DNA of 63,012 nucleotides, filler included, from Octopus bimaculoides (lineage: Eukaryota), in NCBI RefSeq assembly GCF_001194135.2. It is 6 parts of 4 records of this genome, joined end to end, with 100 filler letters (N's around TTAATTAATTAA, not from the genome) between each part and the next. Parts side by side here need not be neighbours in the genome. Positions count along the whole stretch, not along the records: positions 57,125 to 63,012 come from NC_068982.1; 5 more parts are not named here. The stretch is one strand, 5' to 3'. Made by a program: the position numbers and the translations under genes. The stretch's first letter is position 1. The number at the start of each line of letters is the position of its first letter. The notes under the pieces were generated by a model. The model did no database searches. It was not told where the DNA came from and saw only the letters and a program-made list of their open reading frames with translations. Of the stretch, positions 62,350 through 63,012 are shown piece after piece.

Positions 62350-62475
62350 AACTGCAAAATGATGAAAGGCAAAGTTGACCTTAGCGGAATTTGAACTCAG
62401 AATGTAGCAACAGGTGAAATATTGCTAAGCATTTTGTCCAGCATGCTAAAAATTCTGCCAGCTTACCACCTTAAT
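62350..62475 (-). mobile_element. SINE family B 5' half
   Basis: gaaaggcaaagttgaccttagcggaatttgaactcaga...ctgccagcttaccacc. Confidence 0.75.
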
Positions 62476-62485
62476 AATAACAATT

Positions 62486-62517
<32 letters not shown>

Positions 62518-62521
62518 GATG

Positions 62522-62568
<47 letters not shown>

Positions 62569-62962
62569 CATAAAAGTAATAATAGATGTACATATGTATG
62601 TACATGCGTACATAAATACATACATATATACATACGTACATACATACTTACAAAAACACACACACACACACACACATGCATATTTGAAGACTACAGATCC
62701 AAGCCATCACTGGAAGTGTAAGAATCTGTAAAACTTTCCAGAAGTTTATCACTTAAGTATATATGAGCATGTCTAGACATGCAACTATATGCATGAGAAT
62801 ATATGCATGAAACAAAACATAGAAATCTGCACATATACATAGATATATAAGCCAGGGATCTAGGTTAGAAACTGGCTCTTTCTCTGTTGGCAAGTAATCT
62901 TGAAACAAAATTGAATAATGACATACATATGTAAATATGTATGCTTGTATGTATGTATGTAC

Positions 62963-63012
<50 letters not shown>

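Noticed and set aside
1-63012. CRISPR arrays, operons or prokaryotic defence systems
   Set aside because: No regularly spaced repeats with unique spacers and no bacterial-like gene density; the sequence is eukaryotic repeat-rich DNA.

Overview
AT-rich, microsatellite-dense eukaryotic DNA, most likely from an octopod cephalopod (inferred from recalled Octopus SINE families and repeat style; not database-checked). I could not identify any host protein-coding gene, tRNA or rRNA gene, or CRISPR array. Nearly all ORF-track entries are microsatellite or gap artefacts or transposon remnants. Five identical 100-bp blocks (44 N + TTAATTAATTAA + 44 N) look like artificial joins, so the window is probably six concatenated pieces. 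Recognisable content is a transposable-element graveyard. DNA transposons: Tc1/mariner DD34D, DD37D and DD36E elements, MITEs, hAT, piggyBac and Helentron-type non-autonomous elements. Retroelements: at least four Penelope-like (PLE) lineages including a Naiad-type copy, three restriction-like-endonuclease LINE lineages, RTE and CR1-type LINEs, a Mag-type Gypsy element and three tRNA-derived SINE families. I found no clearly new biological system. The best leads are: a minimal type-I hammerhead ribozyme motif (34028-34064, minus); a near-perfect TSD-less inverted duplication around decayed coding-like sequence (7025-7711); a twin-priming-like inverted PLE (18400-19330); a Naiad PLE with an in-frame Asn-rich insertion; an RTE reverse transcriptase with an embedded PHD finger; and sharp CpG-decay differences between segments. 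Many TE boundaries are approximate.
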